A DNA stretch of 57,465 nt, counting the filler, from Callorhinchus milii (lineage: Eukaryota): assembly GCF_018977255.1 (NCBI RefSeq). It is 2 parts of 2 records of this genome, joined end to end, with 100 filler letters (N's around TTAATTAATTAA, not from the genome) between each part and the next. Parts side by side here need not be neighbours in the genome. Positions count along the whole stretch, not along the records: positions 28,788 to 57,465 come from NW_024705670.1; 1 more part is not named here. The stretch is one strand, 5' to 3'. Position numbers and translations under genes: made by a program. This document shows positions 52,271 to 57,465 of the stretch, one piece after another. Every line of letters begins with the position of its first letter. Within the stretch, counting starts at the first letter, position 1. The notes under the pieces were generated by a model, which searched no databases, had not been told where the DNA came from, and saw nothing but the letters and a program-made list of their open reading frames with translations.

Positions 52271-53581
52271 GGCCAGGCAGCAGCTAGTTTTGAAGACTGA
52301 GAGTTGACAAGAGGAGTCCTGCTCCATAGCAGAGTAATAATAAGACCAATTTCATCTCCCTGGTCACTGAGCGGCTGCTTGTCGCTGTGTGGAACTTCCG
52401 CAGAGTGGAGGAGGTAAAACAGCATCCAATTTCACGGTTAAATCACAAATGTGCTTCAAGCTCTTAGAATGCACACACCCACGTGAATATGAGTATTTGT
52501 TTTTCGCTCCCAATATATGCAGACAATCCACTGCACTGTATATTCTGTGAAGGGCATTGAAACGATTCGAACAAATGTTAAGGCACAATATTGAAGTCAA
52601 GGATTGTTATTATTATTGTACTTTATAACCTTTCACTCCACTGCATACGGGAAAATAATGTAGAGCAGCGCTGACAGCTTATGGGTGTTGGGTTTCATCA
52701 AGGAGCACATATTTTAAATATGTGGGATACAGGGATTTCACTGTTTATTCGGAACAAGGGGGGTAAATGGGATTAGAATGTGTGGTTTATTGCCCATTCT
52801 CTCATTGCAATTCAGTGTAGTGCCTTCTGCAGACCAGGAGTTTGCTGTTGTGTACAAGGCGAGATCACAGCGAAAATGTCAGCACAAACATTGGAACAGA
52901 TTTCACTTCATCCTAGTTTTACAGTTTGTTCCTCAGGCCAGAATTGTACGTCAGCTCAGAGTTCATGCCAGTCCCGGTATAGATCGTATTGGAACATGAT
53001 GCAAGCACTTTACCTCTGCCGGCGTCTCATTGCATTTAGAATAAAACGCTTTTTTGTGTTCCTATTACTTCGCTTTGCAGATATAGCAAACGGTTAAAAC
53101 CTTGTAAGTGAAGCAAACAGGCAGCGTCCTGTGAAACTGGATCCATTTGTTTTTCCAAGAAGCGCCGCTCCCTATCTTCAAAGTCAAACGTCAGAAGATT
53201 TTCAGCTGCAGGCCTCAGGCCTCAGGCCTGAACCTGCCTGTCACACAGGTATGTGCGTCTCTTACACACCTTCACATACCAGCTATGGTCACGTAAACAA
53301 TAGCTTGGTGCTGGTTGGCTGGGAGAGACGGGGAATTGCCTCCTGTCAGGAGACAACAATTTGAAGGAGCTGGTGGTTTCCAATCACTGGGGAAACTGCT
53401 AACCTGGGGAGCAGCTCAGCACAACCCAGAGGTCACTGGTGAGGAAATGTTTTCTAAATCTTCTGTTCTTTCGCTTCTACGTTTGATTTCTTTTCAACCA
53501 TTTCTCAATTTGGTGTCTGATGCTGAGGGACTGTTACACGGGTGCGAACAGGAGATTTAGTGAGCCCCATCAAAGCATAAT

Positions 53582-53968
53582 GGAGTCCCGTAACTTACTA
53601 GTAAGAGCACTCGCATCCCAAGCGTGAGGACCTGGATTCGCTTCCCGGGAAGAGAAAAACTTTATGCTAGGTTTTCTTACCTTACTGCATACGCCTCTGT
53701 TTACCTAACTGTAAGTAGGAATTCGGTTGATAGCCGATTGTTGGGGTAGAAAATCCTTCAAATTAAATTAAGAAATAATAATTATTGTCACTCAATCCAT
53801 GACTGTTTGTGGGACAATGTTGTTTTTAGTTGGCTGCCGCGTTTCACCCACAAAATATAGAGTTAATTTCGCTTTACAATACAATCTGTGTAGCTCTTTG
53901 CGACGTCTCGACGCTTTGCTGAGACTCTATACAAAGATAAAAATTAATATTATTATTATGATTATTAT
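53582..53968 (+). mobile_element. tRNA-derived SINE, old copy
   Basis: ggagtcccgtaact..agagcactcgc head; gactgtttgtgggacaat..ttggctgccgcgttt core; (att)n tail. Confidence 0.7.
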
Positions 53969-54479
53969 GATGTTTCAGCCCAAATTCGTATGGTTGTAAT
54001 TTCAGACTGAGAAAGAGAGCTTGAACTTTTCCTGCCCACACGGCAGCACATCCTCTTGGCCACTGGTGAGCAAATATCTGCTGAATCGGATCTAAGGTTT
54101 CTCCTCCCAAATCCAGTNAAAAAACAGCCAATCGCCTGTACCCCGCCACCGAGAGACTCATGTCCTCCACAGCTCAGTGTCACTGTGCGCAGCTCTCGAG
54201 GAGTGAGGAGGCATTGGATCATATCCATCCCCGCGGCCCATTCTTAGCTACGATTCCTCCACCATATATCGTTCAATAATATGTAAGGTGATGAAGGTAA
54301 AGTAGCTGATATTGTTGACAGTGATTACGGGAAAAGAAAGCTGCAGATAGATACTGACAGACTTGCACAATCGGCAGAAAACTGCAAACTAGAGATTAAT
54401 ATAAAAATAGCTGAGCACTGAAGTCAAAAAATCTCAGTTTATATTCAAGGGATTTATGTAGGAGTAGTCAATGTTTATC

Positions 54480-54910
54480 ATTTTGTAACTCCTTTATATC
54501 AGTTGTTTGCTCATATGTGAAGTACAATACAACAGGTAGAGTGTTAACAGATTCAAGGTGGAACCTAGACCATTGCTACCACCAGTGTTTATAATCCTTG
54601 TTGACCGAATATGTAAATACAGAGGTGTCAGGATTTTAGCAAAGGCCACTCTCCGCAACAATGACCAATCCTCTGGCGATTGGATGATAACTGTGGGTAA
54701 TCTCAGGGTAGTTTAGAAAAAAACAACAAATGGGTTTTGTATTTCTTTGATGCTTGGTAGATTGCTCTGAAACCTAACAGCTGTCAGTAAACAATACACC
54801 CAGTGACTTGTCAGACTGGTTTTAACGAATTTCTGAGAAGCATCGCTCTCTGTGGTGAGAGTCATGTTATAGTACTGTTTCGCATCATGAACAGCCTGAG
54901 AGCTGCCGCA
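54480..54910 (-). pseudogene. Decayed coding-like segment, copy 2
   Basis: VFTYSVNKDYKHWW*QWSRFHLESVNTLPVVLYFTYEQTTDIKELQ aligns to copy 1. Confidence 0.45.
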
Positions 54911-55002
54911 GGAGGGAATAGAAAACAAAATAGTCGAAATGGAAACTAATACAGTAAAGAGCAAAGTTGAAGATAGACAAGGAATCCATAGTTTTTCTGA
55001 GT

Positions 55003-55100
55003 AAAACAGATGTCGCTGGGAACACTCAGGGGGTCACGCAGCATCCAGAGAGAAAATAAAGTGAATAAACGTTTCGGATTCACTAACCTTCGTCATGTTT
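55003..55100 (-). mobile_element. PLE-type repeat remnant with a degenerate hammerhead core
   Basis: Minus strand aTGACGAAGGttagtgaatCCGAAACGTT..tctctctggatgctgcgtgacc; core C3 is mutated. Confidence 0.4.
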
Positions 55101-55824
55101 TTTCTGAAGTGGTTTATATCGCGGTGATGAACACTTGTCTTAGTTATTGAGTCATGTCCGTTTGCAGAACAGACGTTTGGTCGTATGCGAAGTAGAGTTG
55201 AGCGGGCAATGTCTTAAAAAAAACTTTTAGAATGTGACTTAGGCCTGTTGGATGGATAGTTAAATGCAAGTGCTTGCCCTCGTTAAACACACTCTATGAA
55301 AGGAAAGAAATAATGCTGAATGCTGGCTCGGTGGATTTGAGAATCATGGAGTGATCCTAACTTGCTCGTTATTGGTGGATAAACGATCGTTGAGGAGAGT
55401 TTTGCCTTTGAGAGCGTTTGGTTTATTGCCCAAGTACCGTTTCCTTGTTGCTTATCCTCATCACAACATGATATTGTTCCAAAAATAATTTGACGTCTTG
55501 TAGAGAAAGTGTCTGAACATTCTGCAAATATAACCTTCCTGTTGCACAAGCTACCAGCACTAACAAAATAAATTCTTGGACATAAAATTTCTGCACACAA
55601 TCACTTACACGTAAATCGTTTAGATATAAGCGCAGGGAATGTTCCCGATACAGGCAAAATGTAGGTCTGACTAACTTCGAGCAACCTGATCATATCTTTG
55701 TTCTCTGAATCCTAATTGCTATCATTATTGTGCCTGGTTCTAGTTGTTTAGTTCTCTCTTTGTTACTATTGACTGTTGAACTGTAAGAAAGGAATCAATT
55801 GTTAACGTCCAAATTTCGCACGTT

Positions 55825-56192
55825 ATCCCCTACCTACCCGCCCGTACCCTCCGTTCCTCTGGCTCCGGTCTGCTCCACATCCCCCACCGCAACTGCCTTC
55901 CTATCGGTGGCCGGGCCTTCACCCTCGCAGCCCCTAGGCTCTGGAACTCTATCCCTCAGTGCCTTCGCCTTGCCTCCTCCCTTTCCTCCTTCAAGGCCGG
56001 TCTCAAGACCTTTCACTTTGACCGTGCCTTCAGCTCCCCTCTCGACTCTCTACCCCCTCCTCGCTCCCTCCCTTCCCTCCCCTCACCCTGGCCATTTTCC
56101 CCTTGCTCGCGTCCTGATCCAACTGTGCAGCGCCTTGGGACGACCTCCCGACGTGAAAGGCGCTCAATAAATGGATTCTTGTTGTTGTTGTT
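55825..56192 (+). mobile_element. L2 LINE 3' end
   Basis: Highly similar to ~45140-45520, ending in (ttg)n. Confidence 0.9.
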
Positions 56193-56372
56193 ATTTCATC
56201 ATAATTCCAATAGCGAATATTTGCTTAAACCTTAAGGAATTAATCGATTTCTTTTCTACTTCATCCAATGTACTCTATAAAGTCCATTAGTGGACACACA
56301 GAACCGTCGTTGGATGTATAATGCTCCAGTTGGAATGTGGAATGACGCTTCCATTGGTCATGTTAATCTCAC

Positions 56373-56515
56373 AGATCAGGGAGCCCTGATCACAGATATT
56401 CAGAATGTCTTTCGTGACTTTGACCAGGGCTGTTTCCGTGCTGTGGGCAGCGCGGAAACCGGATTGGAGGGGTTGAAACAGGGAATGACGAGCGAGAAAG
56501 GAGCGGAACTGGGAC
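56373..56515 (-). mobile_element. L2 reverse transcriptase fragment
   Basis: LQSGFRAAHSTETALVKVTKDILNICDQGSL. Confidence 0.85.
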
Positions 56516-56864
56516 TCGACACTAAGATTCGCACGTCCATTACCTCCACACTCACCAGGTTTCACTCTCACCCTGGCTCATGCAGATTGGCTTGACGATG
56601 TTCACTCTCCCTTTCATATCCAGACACTGTCCTAACCATTCCTACCTCCGTGACATTCTCCAACCTCCTTCTTCTGCGCCTCTCCTCCGCTCGAAAATGT
56701 ATATCTCTTTGTGTATTAAAACTCTTCTGAAGTTCTACATCTGTGGCTCTACGTCTACCCACTGACACCATCCTCCCAACTGATAATCCACACAGTGTTG
56801 AGTTTCTGCCTTCAGGTGGGTGCCTGAGGTGTGTCTAACCCCTTTGTCAATGCTCTAATTGAAG

Positions 56865-57465
56865 ATGTTCAACGACTGCACAAGGAGACGTTACGGAAAC
56901 AAAGTGAAAGGCTGGAAGTGAAAACCATTCTGATCAAGGAGAAGGTGAAGACTTTTCAGCTGGTTGATCGCTACACGGAGTTAACCATCATTTCTGATCT
57001 CCGTTACCGGGAACTGGTTGAACATGAGTTGCTGGCGAGAGGCAGAGACCACGATGAGTGGAGACAGAAGGAACTCCGGGGAGAGCTGGAAAAAATTCGA
57101 ACTGATAAATTGTTGCACAGCAGCTTCACTAGTCGAGGACTATATTCCCGGATAAAAAAGTTCTACAAGGGAAGCAGATCTGACACTCCTACAAGGACTT
57201 CCGCAGTAGTGAGTGGAGTGGCTGGGATTGGAAAAACAACCATGTTGCAAAAGATTGTCCTTGACTGGGCCATAGGCAAAATCTATCCTCACTTTCACTT
57301 TGTTTTTATTTTTAAATTCCGAGACCTAAACACCCTAAACTACAAAATAACCCTGAGCCGTCTGATCCTGGAGCACTACCCTTACCTTAGTGATGTTCTG
57401 GACGAGCTGTGGAAACACCCAGCGACATTGCTCTTTATATTTGATGGTTTGGATGAATTCAGGGC
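56865..57465 (+). CDS. NLR (NLRC3/NLRP3-like) FISNA + NACHT exon, partial, running off the window end
   Basis: Probable acceptor ttgaag ends 56864. Open frame VQRLHKETLRKQ..LVDRYTELTII..EHELLARGRDH, Walker A GVAGIGKTT, DWAIGKIY, FKFRDLN, Walker B LLFIFDGLDEF; no stop in 600 nt. Confidence 0.93.

Overview
Vertebrate genomic DNA, almost certainly two unrelated sequences of near-equal length (1-28687 and 28788-57465) joined by a 100-bp artificial linker (44 N + TTAATTAATTAA + 44 N). The left half is tentatively jawless-fish-like. It holds a head-to-tail array of three units of a C2H2 zinc-finger locus. A complete unit has a CpG-rich promoter with five CRE palindromes and a CArG box, an antisense V-SINE containing a 23-bp minisatellite (about 18, 80 and 240 copies in the three units), a zinc-finger exon followed by a hAT MITE, and a ~165-bp AT-rich satellite. 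The two zinc-finger exons in view have 5 and 11 fingers and are both frameshifted as written. The left half also carries nested MITE/Helitron insertions, a 5.6-kb TG..CA element, and an inverted-repeat region with two minimal hammerhead ribozyme motifs. The right half is tentatively cartilaginous-fish (chimaera-like). It has decayed L2 LINEs, tRNA-derived SINEs sharing the L2 3' tail, a decayed Gypsy pol, a ~46-bp minisatellite, a disrupted RING/B-box/coiled-coil TRIM gene (- strand), a duplicated decayed membrane-protein-like sequence, and the start of a FISNA-NACHT NLR exon that runs off the window end. Taxon calls are inferences from repeat and gene style, not from database searches.
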